DNA of 63,980 nucleotides, the filler included, from Reclinomonas americana ATCC 50394 (Eukaryota): assembly GCA_048213135.1 (NCBI GenBank). It is 17 parts of 17 records of this genome, joined end to end, with 100 filler letters (N's around TTAATTAATTAA, not from the genome) between each part and the next. Parts side by side here need not be neighbours in the genome. Positions count along the whole stretch, not along the records: positions 15,415 to 20,535 come from AFZH01020320.1; positions 20,636 to 22,909 come from AFZH01020321.1; positions 23,010 to 24,922 come from AFZH01020323.1; positions 25,023 to 27,022 come from AFZH01020324.1; positions 27,123 to 32,460 come from AFZH01020327.1; 12 more parts are not named here. The stretch is one strand, 5' to 3'. The notes below the pieces were generated by a model. The model saw only the letters and a program-made list of their open reading frames with translations, did no database searches and was not told where the DNA came from. Positions within the stretch are counted from its first letter, which is position 1, and the number at the start of each line of letters is the position of its first letter. Below, piece by piece: positions 15,415-27,460 of this stretch. The translations under genes were made by a program, and so were the position numbers.

Positions 15415-16250
15415 CTGCGACGACGGTTGGTCATTGGTGTGGCAAAATGTCGTGCGTGGTTGTTCGAGATGCTTCGTCAATTGCATGAACACAAAGCTGC
15501 GTGGCAGCAGGCGTGGCATTTGTGCGAGGAGTGGGAGAGGGATGGCAGTGGCGAGATGACTGTGCTGGATAAGACTGACGCCTTAAGGTGCTTGATGTGG
15601 TTTGCTTACCACTCATGCAGCTTGCCGCTGCTGGTACAGTGTCATGAGCGGCAGTGTGTGACACTGGGTGAGAGTCATCCAGACTCGCTGTGGACGCTGC
15701 TTTTGCAGGCCAGGCATCACTATAACCGGAAGCGGTTTGCTGAAGCTGAGACACTCTATCGACGGTGCTGGGAGATGCGACGACTGGTTCTTGGAGCTGA
15801 GCATCCGGTCACGTTGATATCCATGAATAATGTTGCCGCATGCATCCAAGATGACAGTCGTCTTGAGGAAAGAGTTCAGCTGATCCGAGAATGCTTGGAA
15901 GTAAGGCGAGCAACATTGGGAGTTCGGCATCTGAACACTCTTGCTTCGATGAACAATCTTGCTGTTTCTCTCGAGCAGCAAAACACACCAGAATCGCTGG
16001 CAGAAGCTGCTGATTTGTACCGTCAGTGCTTGGAGGGTCGACGTGAGCTGCTGGGCGACAGACATGTCCTCACGTTGCAGTCGATGTATAACTACGGCAT
16101 TATGCTCACGAAGCAGCAACGATGGGCCGAGGCAGAGGCACTGCTGGTGGAATGTGTGGATGGTCGGCGAGTGGTGCTTGGCGAAGAGAATCCGGAAACG
16201 GTGAATGCCATCAAGTGGTTGACAGAGTGCAGACGTCGTCGTGACCAAGC

Positions 16251-16266
<16 letters not shown>
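15415..16266 (+). CDS. 3' part of a TPR protein (kinesin-light-chain-like TPRs), paralog of the STAND gene at 40379-44100; 5' end lost in gap
   Basis: LGESHPDSL, LGAEHPVTLISMNNVA, LGVRHLNTLASMNNLA, LGDRHVLTLQSMYNYG, LGEENPETV. The first ~75 aa match the end of the 40331-41650 ORF. Confidence 0.9.
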
Positions 16267-16400
<134 letters not shown>

Positions 16401-18270
16401 CGTCAAAATCACTCCAGTAGCAACTACCGCATGATACCGCTGCCGCCTCACACCCCGTTCCCGTATGAAGATCGCAAAACTGCAAACTTTCTGACGTAAC
16501 GATGTGCAATCTGATACCTTGGTGTCAATTGGTTGTTCTCGGTGGAAATCAGTCGTGTACTGGAAGCTCAAGATTGGTGTCTGTGTTGATGTTTTGGATA
16601 CGGTTGAACTTGGTAATCAAGACAGCTGTTGCTTGTTTGTTGGTTAGTGAATTTGTTGTTGTGCTTGATGGAAGTGTTGAGCTGCGGAACACGAAGTCGA
16701 GGACAATCCATAACTGTAGTGTCCTCCTTCAGTTCCTTGCTTCTGTAGGCTTCCTCTCTTACGAGAGCAAGCCACCTGGTTGACACTTCCGTGGTGGCCC
16801 ACCCACCCACCCGAATGTGTGTATGTTGACGGATAGTCACTGTGGAACCGATTACCGCGATGCACAGAGTGCTGTTTTGTGATGGCGGGATTATCGTAGG
16901 CTTCATTGAGGAGGTGGCCTCGGACTTGGAGAGCACTACAGCAGGCGCGGTGTGCCAACGCCAATATCGGCGGGTATCGTTTGCTGCTGTGTAGTGTGTT
17001 GGAGATGGTGATGGGCGTGTGCAGCGGGTTGTGCAAGCGACTGGTGGTGGTGCGAGAATGATAGCACAAGTGGAACGAGTACGCTGCTGTACCCGTATGT
17101 GGCGTCCGAGGGCCAGCGTGTGTGCGGTGGATGCGTTGGCGTTATTAGCCGAGTGCCGAGTGCGGTCTAGAGACGGTTTATTGCGCCGTACTTGCGGGTC
17201 TGGAGTAGCCGGTTGCCAGGCGCAGCTCATTGATCAACTCCGGCCAGGACGGCTTTACCGTGGATCGGCACTGGCGGAACGAGAATCGGCGCACGAGGGC
17301 TTGATATCGGTGCGGTTGCGAGTGTGCTCCAGCGGCGAGCACTCGGGCGGGAGCCAGGATCGTGACCAGCGGGCCGCACACACGCTCGAGGGAGGGTTTT
17401 CGCTGGTCACATTGCTTGACCGGCCCCTCTTGAGGCCCGATCTGAGCGAAGGCATGTAAAATAAAGTCAAACTAGTCGGTTGTGGTTGGGGTGCATCGCT
17501 GTTTTGAGTTGTCGGTGTGGAATCGAGTAGAGAGTGCCACGTTAGTGACGGTGCTCTGGTGGTGGCAGTAGAGGACACTACATCAATTGGTTGTCGAGAC
17601 TGATAAGTGTGGAGCAAGCTCAAATACGGAACTCTCTCCAAACGTAGTCAGGAGAGTGCTTTTTGCATTCGGGCAGCACGCGGAAGTAGTGGTGAGGCGG
17701 CTTGCCAGAGTGGTGAAAGGTTTCGGAGAGCGAAGAATGAACCAGCTTGAGGGAGGACAAGTGCACTCCGCGAATCAGTGTTTCCAATCGCCAAGCGCTC
17801 GACCCTCGATCGCACCGTCTGCAAACCCACGATCGCTCCCATCACACTCCACGCACCATCGTCGACGTCTCCATGGCCAAAGAGCGATCGAATCGCGATT
17901 GCAGCGATCGCTTTTCACACGCACAATCGATTCCGTTTCCCACGATCACCGATCGCCAACGAACCACCCTTACTCCTGCATGCTCCTTTCATGCGTCACA
18001 AGTCGCGACAACTTCGCGGACTGCAAATTCGTCGAAATCGGACACATCGATCATTGCCGATTTCGTCACTCAACAGCCCGCAAAGAGAGCACACAACCTC
18101 ACACACCCACACAACTCTGCCTGTGACACACACACTCGTCTCCCTCTTTGCCTGTCACTCAACTCGATCAGTGAGCACCACAACTTCCGCGCGACTCTCT
18201 CTCTCTGTTTCAACCGCCACTCGTCATCATCAAACAGACTCTCTTTCCCCCTCTCCCTCTGACACACACA

Positions 18271-18944
18271 ATGGATCGTGAACTGCGAAAGCAAGAGGAG
18301 GAGACCTTCGAGAAGCCCAAGAGCGCTCTCAGGTGCGCGCGCGCCCGAAAAAAGACCTCACACAGACACGAATGTTCGCTTTCACACTCTGTCACTCACT
18401 CGCTGTCTCTCTGACACACACAGTGACGAGGACGATGAGCTGCGTCTCAAAGGCCGCGACCTGGCGCCCTCAAACAGCAACGGGTAAGCTCACGCGCGCA
18501 CACACAAGTTGTCACACACGTGCGCATATATAAACTGACGCGTGCCACTCACAGTCACTCAACAAGCAGTGTGACTACGACACCAACGCCCACTGCATCA
18601 GTGGCGCCTTCTCCGCCTGCTCCGCCTGTGCAGGCGACTGCTGCAGCTTCGGCATCGCCCAAGACGCGCAAGTCGACCACGCGGTGTAATCATTGCAACA
18701 AGAAGCTCGGCCTGCTGAACTTCACGTGCAAGGGATGCGAGGCGCTGCTGTGTGCCGGGTGCCGCTTGCCCGAGGATCACACGTGTGCGGCCGATGAGTC
18801 GTTCCGAGAGAAGGTCTCTTCTGATACTTTGTAATCGATTGCCCTTGCCGATTTATTGACTCTTTGCGGGATGTGCAGGCGCGTGCGCGGTTGGCGGAGA
18901 CGCTGGAGAAGGTGGCGCCGTCGAAGAAGCTCGAGTTTTTGTGA
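18271..18944 (+). CDS. AN1-type zinc finger protein, 4 exons
   Basis: RCNHCNKKLGLLNFTCKGCEALLCAGCRLPEDHTC followed by the spliced tail ARARLAETLEKVAPSKKLEFL*. Confidence 0.9.
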
Positions 18945-19259
18945 ACTTGTTGTTGTTGTCAGTTGTCTCCTCGGGTCTCTGTTTGTCTCTGTGTGTGTTT
19001 GTTGGCTTCGGCCGTCGCGTATTGTAGAAGTATAGTGTACAGCCACCTTGCTGCTTTGTGTGGGAGGAGAGAGCGAGACGTGTCGGAGCTGTTTGTCCGC
19101 ACCGGGTCCGCGTGGTTTTTTTCGGAGCTGTCGGGGAGTGGCGGATCTGGCGTGTGTGGTGCGGGTGACAGGTGGATTTGGCCAGAAGGTGGGGAGGGGT
19201 GCTTGCCATTTTCGAGGGCGGCGTGGCGATGCTGGATGTGGTAACCATGGTGACAGGAG

Positions 19260-19750
19260 GCAGAAGGGGGAATTGACTTCACAGCGGGCGACAGGCGACT
19301 TAGCAGTGTGCTTTGGTGGGCGGAGGCAGAAGGGCAGGAGTTCGACTTCACAGCGGGCGGCTGGCGCCTCTGCGGCGTTCTCTGCGACCTCACATTGAAG
19401 CGCCGGGGGCAGAAGGAGGAACTGGCGTCACACCAAGCGACTGGCGACTCAGAATATCGAAGCGAGCATTGCCGGGCCGGAATCGACGTTCCTCCTGGCG
19501 ACTGGCGCCTCAGCAGCGTTCTCTGCGACCTCACATCGAAGCGAGCGCCACCGAGCACAGAACGGCAGGAATCGACATCAGTATTGAGCGACTGGCGCCT
19601 CAGTAGCGTGCTCTGCGAACTCAAGTCGCCGGGAGAGACTGGAATCGACGACTTCCCGAGCGACTGGCGGCTCTGCGGCATTCTCTGCGTCCTCAGAGTG
19701 GGCAGCAATCGACATCTGAGCGACTGGCGCCTCAGCAGCATCAAGTCCCG
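19260..19750. repeat. Degenerate internal repeat array, possibly coding (QRTLLRRQS repeats on the minus strand)
   Basis: gcgactggcgcctcagcagcgttctctgcgacctca recurs about 6-7 times with variation. Confidence 0.6.
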
Positions 19751-21806
19751 AGAGCGAACGGAGACGCCTGGCGGTGCCGTCAAGGTCTGGTGGAGAATGG
19801 CAGTCCTTGACTTGCTCGCAGTGAGGCTTTCGGCCGGGATAAGGCGAGATAGCGAGCACTCGCCCCCGGTCGTCGCGCGCGCAGGCGGAAATGCTGCTGG
19901 CCCGGTGGCACTTGACGCGTTGCAGGAATTGTCGGGGGTCAAGGTTGGTCGCTTTGTTTGTTGTTGGGGATGGTTGCATGCAGCGAGCGACGTTGACAGG
20001 ATCCGATGGCGGATCCTTGCTTGCACGCAATCAGCAAGGTCTGTCGAAAAGCGCGCGCGTCTTGCTTGTTGCGCTTGAGCGCAGGATCCGGAGCAAGCGC
20101 GACGCCCGACTTCCTTGCATGGAGTCAGGTGTTGGTATGCAAGAGTGGACGCAGTGAGCGACAGAGAACAGGGCGAAAGAAACAGGCACACGAAGAAGTA
20201 CAGACTGACTTTGCGATATCGATATCTCTCGCGGTTCAAGGTTCTTCTCTTACTCTTTCTCGCGGTCACGGACTTAGACGTAGTAAGCTTGCAATAGTTG
20301 ACGCAGTGAGTGAAAGAAAGAAAGAGAGAGAGAGAGAGAGGCAGAGAAGTCGACGTCACGATTTGGATATCTCTTGCATGCACAGTTCAAGGCCTTCCCT
20401 CAACGCTCCCTCACACGATCACGGAGCCAGACGCTCGTTTGCGACGATGGACGCAGTGAGTGCGACAGAGAAGGAGGCCGAGAAGCGACACAAACCAGTC
20501 TCGGTAGCTATAGTGCGATAACAATATATATTAAANNNNNNNNNNNNNNNNNNNNNNNNNNNNNNNNNNNNNNNNNNNNTTAATTAATTAANNNNNNNNN
20601 NNNNNNNNNNNNNNNNNNNNNNNNNNNNNNNNNNNAAAGGGACGCTTCCACGTGCACCAGATTTTCGGTGAATTCAAGAAAATTCCTAGGTCACTTCCAC
20701 GCATCGCCGCGCGCCGCCGCTCTCTGGGGTATGACTGTACACGTACAAGAGGTGGTGGGCACACTTTTCGCGGCGTGTGGTGCAGTGGAAGGGCCCATGG
20801 CGCGTTTTGGTGGCAATTTCCACTCCATGTCGCCCACCACACGCCCCCCCCCCACCTCGAGTGTTTACATGCACGGTGCATTTGCACACCACCCTGCCGG
20901 AAGTGGCAATCCAAGTCTCCGTGACTAATCGAGGAAGCACGGCATTAGCGCCTCCCCGTGCTACCTAGAGTGGGCTTATCACTCGCAGCCAGTGCATTAG
21001 CCTGAACAAGAGTCGGTGCTGGTGACTAATGCCAGTGCTGCGATGCGCTGGGATTGAGATGCACAACTCCAGTCAACTGCAGCCGCGTCATTAGCCACTA
21101 GTCGGCGCGCACCCTCCAGCACACAATGCCAGTCACGGCATCAGCGCGTAGTCTTTAGCTACACGTCAATAGCAATGGTGTTAGTCGTGACTTGTCATCT
21201 GACCACAGTGAAAGTCTCTCTGTGGTGTGTGTTGTATGTGAGGGAGAGAGGGGGAGAGTGAGAGAGGAATGCAGTGTGTGTGTGTGTGTGCGAGAGAGAG
21301 AGAGAGAGCAGTGTGATTGATCGAATTTGCAATTGCACGTGCGTGCGCCACATTCCTCCTCTAGATCTCCTTCATTTCATCACGTCTTCCACCATGACTT
21401 GCACACTGGCAGTCAACGGCGACAGCTCGTGCCAAGCGTGCAGCGCGCGCCGGCGAGACAACTCATTGGCGGGAAAATTCAATTGCTTACGTCACACTTT
21501 TGCACATTCTCACGCGCACAGGTTAGTTGCTCGTTGCGCTGCGTGTCTTGCTTGCTGTGCAGCAATGGCTGTGCTGGTACCTGACACGCTCATGTCGACA
21601 GAGAGAGAGAGAACGTCCCGCGTGCAAGTTGGCGAGTGTTTGTGCTTGCGCGCGCGCAAACCGCACATGTCGCGCAGTCTCGCACACGCACCACGCACGC
21701 GCGCGTGCATTGGCCGATCGCGGCGATGGGTGCATGTGTTGTCGATTGCACGGTCATGCCATTGGAGCTGGTGCGCTTGCGCATGTGGTCTTGTTCACTC
21801 TCTCTT

Positions 21807-21838
<32 letters not shown>

Positions 21839-22082
21839 CCTGCCTGTACATATGCATGTCCGTCTGGGTGTATATGTGTTTATGTGCGCGCGTGCTGTGT
21901 GGCGTGCATTCTGCTTCTTTGTGTCACGGTCGTTGGTATTGCTGCGCAAAAGAAAGAGCAAGTGACTGAGTGAGTCGACGGGGCGTGTATGAGAGAGGAC
22001 GAAGGGTATGTGTGTGCTTGTCTTTTTGTTTGCGAGAGTGATTGAGAGCGAGAGGGTGACTTTGCGGGTTATGTGTGTGTGT

Positions 22083-22118
<36 letters not shown>

Positions 22119-23009
22119 AGGCGAGTGTATGCTTGTGAGAGAGTGAGGGAGGGAGTGAATGCTTTATTCTGTGTTCCTTGCGCCGCTATTGTATGATGAC
22201 TTGGTGTGCCTGTACTTGTGTTCCTTCCTTCCGCCCATCCTCGTTGCCACTGTGTCTACAGTATGCCCCCCCTTTCTCTACTTTACTTCCGAGGGAAGGC
22301 AATAGCTAGAGAGAGGGAGAAAGAAGAGAATCCACGCGGGAGCAACAATGAGCGAGAAACATGGTGATTGACAGGAAGAGGCAGGAAGATGAGTGGCGGA
22401 ATCAGGGAGAGAGGGACTGAGAATAGCGGTGGATTTGCGAGAGAGTGTGTGTGTGAGAAACAGAGTAAGCGAGCATGACGGTATCCGATGGAGTGAGGCA
22501 ATGTGAGTGTGAGGCAGCGTGTTGAGAGGCGATGTGTGAGAGTGTGAGCAAGATGATGGATGGGATGAAAGAGTGGGGCAGTGCAGGTGAGCTGTGGAGC
22601 GACGAGCGAGTGAGGATGGGAGAAGGAGGAGCAAGAGAGAGTGTGGGAGCAGGGAGGGGTGAACGAGGAGCATGGTGTGTGTGAAGAGAAAAGGTGAGTT
22701 GTGGAGCGACGAGCGAGTGGGGATGGGAGAAGGAGGAGCAAGAGAGAGTGGGAGCAGGGAGGGGGGGCAGGGGGTGGTGGTCGAGCAGCACGGTGATTGA
22801 TGGGATGAGAGAGTGGGGCAGTGCAGGTGAGTGGTGGAGCTGCGAGTGAGGATGGGAGAAGGAGGAGCAAGAGAGAGTGGGGGTGGTCGAGCAGCATGAT
22901 GATGGATGGNNNNNNNNNNNNNNNNNNNNNNNNNNNNNNNNNNNNNNNNNNNNTTAATTAATTAANNNNNNNNNNNNNNNNNNNNNNNNNNNNNNNNNNN
23001 NNNNNNNNN

Positions 23010-23058
<49 letters not shown>

Positions 23059-23756
23059 GTCTGTGTCTCTCCCTGTCTTGCTCATGCCCTCTTCTCTTTT
23101 CTGTGAGAGTGCAAGTGAGATTGAGAGAGAGAGGGAGCGAAGGGAGAGCGAGAGAGACTCAGCTTGCTCTCGCTCGCAGTTGCAGTCTTCTTCTCCCTCT
23201 CTTATTCTCTCTGTATTTCGTGCATTCTTCTTTATTTGAGAGTGAAAGAAGATCGAGAGATGGAGAGAGACAGGGAGAGCGAAAGAGAGTGAGAAGAGAG
23301 ACTCAGCTTGCTCTCGCTCGCAGTCGCAGTTCTCTCTCTTGCTCCCTCTCTCACTGCTCCATCATTCAGATTGCCGTTGTCTTCTTCTTCACATTCTTGT
23401 CCGTGCATTCGTCTTCGTCTCCCTCCGCATCCTGACGACAACAACCACGACGTCCTCCTCCTCTTCTTCTTCCTCCTCCTCCTCCTCCTCTTTTCATCCT
23501 TCTCGTTCTTCGAATTCATGGTTGTTTTGCATAATCTTGTTGTTGTTGTTCTTCTTCTCCTCGTCCTCCTCCTTCTCCTCTTCGTCATATCCTCCTTCAT
23601 TTTCTCCTCCCCCTCTTCTTTCTCCTCCTCTCTCGCTCTGTCTCTTCCTCCTCCGTCTACTCTCTCTGCTCCCGTTCCTCCTCCTCTTCCCCCCTTCCCC
23701 TTTGCCCCCCCTTCCCCCCTCCCTCACCCTCGCCCTTCCGCTTCTCCACCCCACAG

Positions 23757-24334
23757 ACAGCGACGGCATCTGCATGCACAACTCCATCGCCATCACCCAA
23801 TTCCTCGAAAACCGCTACCCCAAGACCGGCACCCGCCTCGTGCCCGAAGGACGCCGAAAGCAAGTGGCAGTCATGGTACCCCCTCATCCTTTTCCCCCAT
23901 TCCCCCTTCCCCCTCACCTCACCTCCCCTTTCCTTCATCAGAACCTCGTCCGCGAATGCCACGCCCTCGACACGGCGGTCCTCCCTTCCCTCCGCGACGC
24001 CATGGCCGTGGCGGCCGGCACTTCCGCCGCACCCAGTGCCTCCGTGGCCACGCGCACCACCCGCGCCATCGAGCGGGAACTGGACGTGTGGGAGCAGCAC
24101 TGCAAGGACGCCAATCCACACACGTCGTCGTCGTCATCGACGCTGCACATGCTTGCCGGTCAGGAGGAGGTGTCGCTGGCCGACATGTGCGTGTTTCCGG
24201 TCATTGCCGCACTCGTCGAGAGCAACCTCGTGCCCGAGCTGGCCACCACCCACCCACAGTTGCGTGCATTGATTTCTAGCCGGAGGGGGTTTCATTTTAA
24301 CAACAACAACAACAAGAACGATACAAAATTCTAA
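23757..24334 (+). CDS. Glutathione S-transferase-like protein, 3' exons (5' end not identified)
   Basis: DGICMHNSIAITQFLENRYP (end of the GST N-domain) and MLAGQEEVSLADMCVFP (GST C-domain N-capping motif); intron 23876-23941. Confidence 0.8.
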
Positions 24335-24534
24335 CAACACACACAAACAGTCTCTGGCGGTGGTACCAGCACCTGGCGACACGCGAGTCGATTCAGCGGT
24401 CGTGGTGGGTGTCGCCATTCCACGCACACAGACTATAGGGGATTGCGCGGAGTTGAGACAGGGAGTGTGGATTAAAAAGGAGAGAAGAGAATGAGAGAGG
24501 GAGGGAGAGGGAGAGAGAAGAAAACACGTCCGCG

Positions 24535-24716
24535 CCGCCGATCTGTGCAAACAAATGTGTGAGTAAGAGAGTGCACGCGAGAGGGTAAGCTGTTATTCGA
24601 TGCATCTTGAAACAGAGAGAAGAGAGGAAGCACGCTATGCTGATAGAAAATGCGTGCAAATGTGTGAGCAAGAGAGTGCACGGTCCACACACAGATATGC
24701 ACATTCCCGACATCCA

Positions 24717-24774
<58 letters not shown>

Positions 24775-25116
24775 CTCCTACCTACCTACCTAACGAACCG
24801 TAACGTAACGTAACGTAACGTAACGTAACGTACGTACGTACGTACGTACGTACGTACGTAACGTACGTACGTACGTACGTAACGTACGTAACGGTAACGG
24901 TAACGGTACGGTACGGTACGGTNNNNNNNNNNNNNNNNNNNNNNNNNNNNNNNNNNNNNNNNNNNNTTAATTAATTAANNNNNNNNNNNNNNNNNNNNNN
25001 NNNNNNNNNNNNNNNNNNNNNNCGTAAAGTAAAGTAACGGTACGAACGTAACGTAGTAGTAGTAGAGACGAGAGAGCGACGACCGACCACCACACACATA
25101 TCGCACTCTCACCCCA

Positions 25117-25168
<52 letters not shown>

Positions 25169-26400
25169 ACCCCTCACATAACAACGCGAAAGAGAAAGCT
25201 GAAATTGTGTGCACTATGAAGTACATGACGGAGACTGAACGAGAGGCAGGTCTCGTCACAGAGTGCAGGACTCGGCAAGAGTGACGGGAGGTGGTGACAA
25301 AAAACACATGAGTGGAAGAGAGAGGTGTCTATCGTCGCAGGAGTGGCGTGAGTTGGCGAGAGTGAACGCGAAAGCTCTGCCACAGAGAGAGAGAGATAGA
25401 GAGAGAGAATACAGAGACGACGTGAGACAGATGGAGAAAGAGAGAAACAAGCACGCGCATCGTCGATCTCCAAGCTGTGCAGACAAGCAGCCACTCTTTC
25501 TCTCACAAACCAACACGAGAGAGAGTAAGCTTCTTCGTGTGCACCTGGAGAATGCTCTCCGAGTGAGAAACAGAGAGCGAAGACTGCAACACAAATCGAT
25601 AATCTGTGCAAGAGAGTGCGTGACAAACACACATGCACATTCCCGACATGCAACCATTCTCTCGCTCTCGTATCACCCTCCCTCAGACACGTAGACACAC
25701 ACACTCCTGGAAATACTCAGGAGAATGTCCTCTGATTGAGCGACAGAGAGAGAGGAGAGAGAAGAACAAACGCGCCTCATCGGTCACCAAGCAGCGCAAA
25801 CACACACATATACATGACGGACAAGCAGCCACTCTCTTTTCCTCTCACAAACGAAACACGCGAGAGAGAAAGCTGAATTTTCAAGCTTCTCTTTGATGCA
25901 CTCAGAAGAGAGACAGAAAGAGAAGAGAGACAGCGCGGCGCGCCGTTCGCCACGCTGTGCAAACCACATGTGACTAATACAGTGCACGATGCACCGACAC
26001 GCAGCCATTTTTTCTTTCTCTCGAAAGAGAGAGAAAGCTCCTTCGTGTGCACCTGGAGAATGGTCTCCGAGTGAGACACAGAGAGACTAGACCGCAACGC
26101 CGATCTGCACATTCCCGACATGCAGCCACTCTCTCGCTCTAGTATCACCCTCCCTCAGACACACAGTTACACGCGCGAGAGAGAAAGCTTTGTAAGCCTC
26201 TCATCGGAGATTGCTCTCTGACTGACATAGGGAAAAAAGAAGAAGAGACACATCGATCACCAAGCTTGCAAACACACACATGGCGGACAAGCAGCCACTC
26301 TGTTTCTCTCACAAACAAACACGCGAGAGAGTAAGCTGCGTGTACACCTGGAGAATGCTCTCCGAGTAAGAGACAGAGAAAATACCGCAACGCCAATCCA
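24535..26400. repeat. Locally dispersed non-coding repeat family
   Basis: gcacattcccgacat(g/c)ca.cca.tctctc at ~24699, ~25636 and ~26107; cacctggagaatg.tctccgagt at ~25542, ~26050 and ~26345. Confidence 0.75.
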
Positions 26401-26619
26401 AACCACGCTTGACCGACAGCGTACACGGTGAACCGACATGCAGCTCCCCCTCCCTCCATCTCTCCCTTCCTTTCCTCCCTTTCCCCTCCCTCTCCCTCCC
26501 TTTCTCTCACGCTCCCTCTCCCCCCTCCCTCCCCCTCCCCCTCCCTCCCCCTCCCTTTCCCCTTCCCACACCCACCTTCCGCCCTTCTACTTGCGCACTC
26601 CTGCCGACTCCCCACCCAC

Positions 26620-27022
26620 CGTGTACCCCGGCACAATCGTCTGCCGTCGCGGTGGCGAGTCCGAGGCCAGCATGGGACCGCGAATGGTCACACCCGGCAA
26701 CTCAAACGGCACCTGCAGATACTCGAGCAGCATAAACACCGACTGCTTGGTGTCGTCGGTCGGCAGCGTGCAGTCGAACACCTCGTCGGCCACCATGCGC
26801 TCGTAGATCCGCTCAATGTCGTCGACAAACGTGTTGTCGCGCTCGCCCAACTTGGCGCGAATCTGCGCGGCGTCGGCGCCTGCGTCCGACAGCTCCCGCT
26901 CGTACCGCTCCTGCAGGCGCATCTTTTGCACCCAGTCGGTGGCCTGGCACAGCACGTAGCTGCAGTGGAAGGCGCCGTCGACGGCGCGCGCAATGTCAGC
27001 CCAGTAGTCGAGGGCGCGCTCA
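26620..27022 (-). CDS. Internal exon resembling the C-terminal half of a P-loop nucleotide kinase (thymidylate kinase/CMPK2-like)
   Basis: CSYVLCQATDWVQKMRLQER...LGERDNTFVDDIERIYERM..EVFDCTLPTDDTKQSVF resembles the lid and terminal elements of NMP kinases. The P-loop is not visible because of the gap. Coding status is more certain than function. Confidence 0.45.
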
Positions 27023-27169
27023 NNNNNNNNNNNNNNNNNNNNNNNNNNNNNNNNNNNNNNNNNNNNTTAATTAATTAANNNNNNNNNNNNNNNNNNNNNN
27101 NNNNNNNNNNNNNNNNNNNNNNGAGGAACAAAAAGGAATCGGTCTCTCTCTCTCTCTCACACACACTCA

Positions 27170-27204
<35 letters not shown>

Positions 27205-27460
27205 TCACTCTCTCCCCTGCGTCTCTCCTTGTCTCCCTGAGTCTTGCCCTCTCTCCCTATCTTTCTGTCCCTTTCTCTTTCTCCCTCACTCTGTGTTATC
27301 TTTCTCTCTCCCTGCCCCCCCCCCCCCACCCCTTTCTCTCTCTCTCCCTCGTTGCTGGCTCACTCACTGGCATCGCAGCGCCTTGGAGCGGGAAGCGCGG
27401 TTTGTTTGTCGGCAGTCTTTGCCCTGTACTCCGCCTCTCTCACTGTCGCTCTGCGCATAG

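Noticed and set aside
16568..17900. Several overlapping ORFs between the TPR and AN1 genes
   Set aside because: No recognisable motif or consistent exon chain; possibly a decayed or fast-evolving gene.
18959..20383. 474-aa minus-strand ORF
   Set aside because: Begins in a microsatellite, is internally repetitive and has no domain; coding status is unsupported.
20636..22909. Possible transposon or RNA gene in this gene-poor contig
   Set aside because: No terminal repeats, transposase motifs or tRNA/rRNA structure could be identified by eye.
24780..24922. (TAACG)n/(TACG)n runs at contig ends (also ~60750-60790) as possible telomere repeats
   Set aside because: They follow microsatellites at contig edges and match the pyrosequencing flow order, so they are likely read-end noise.
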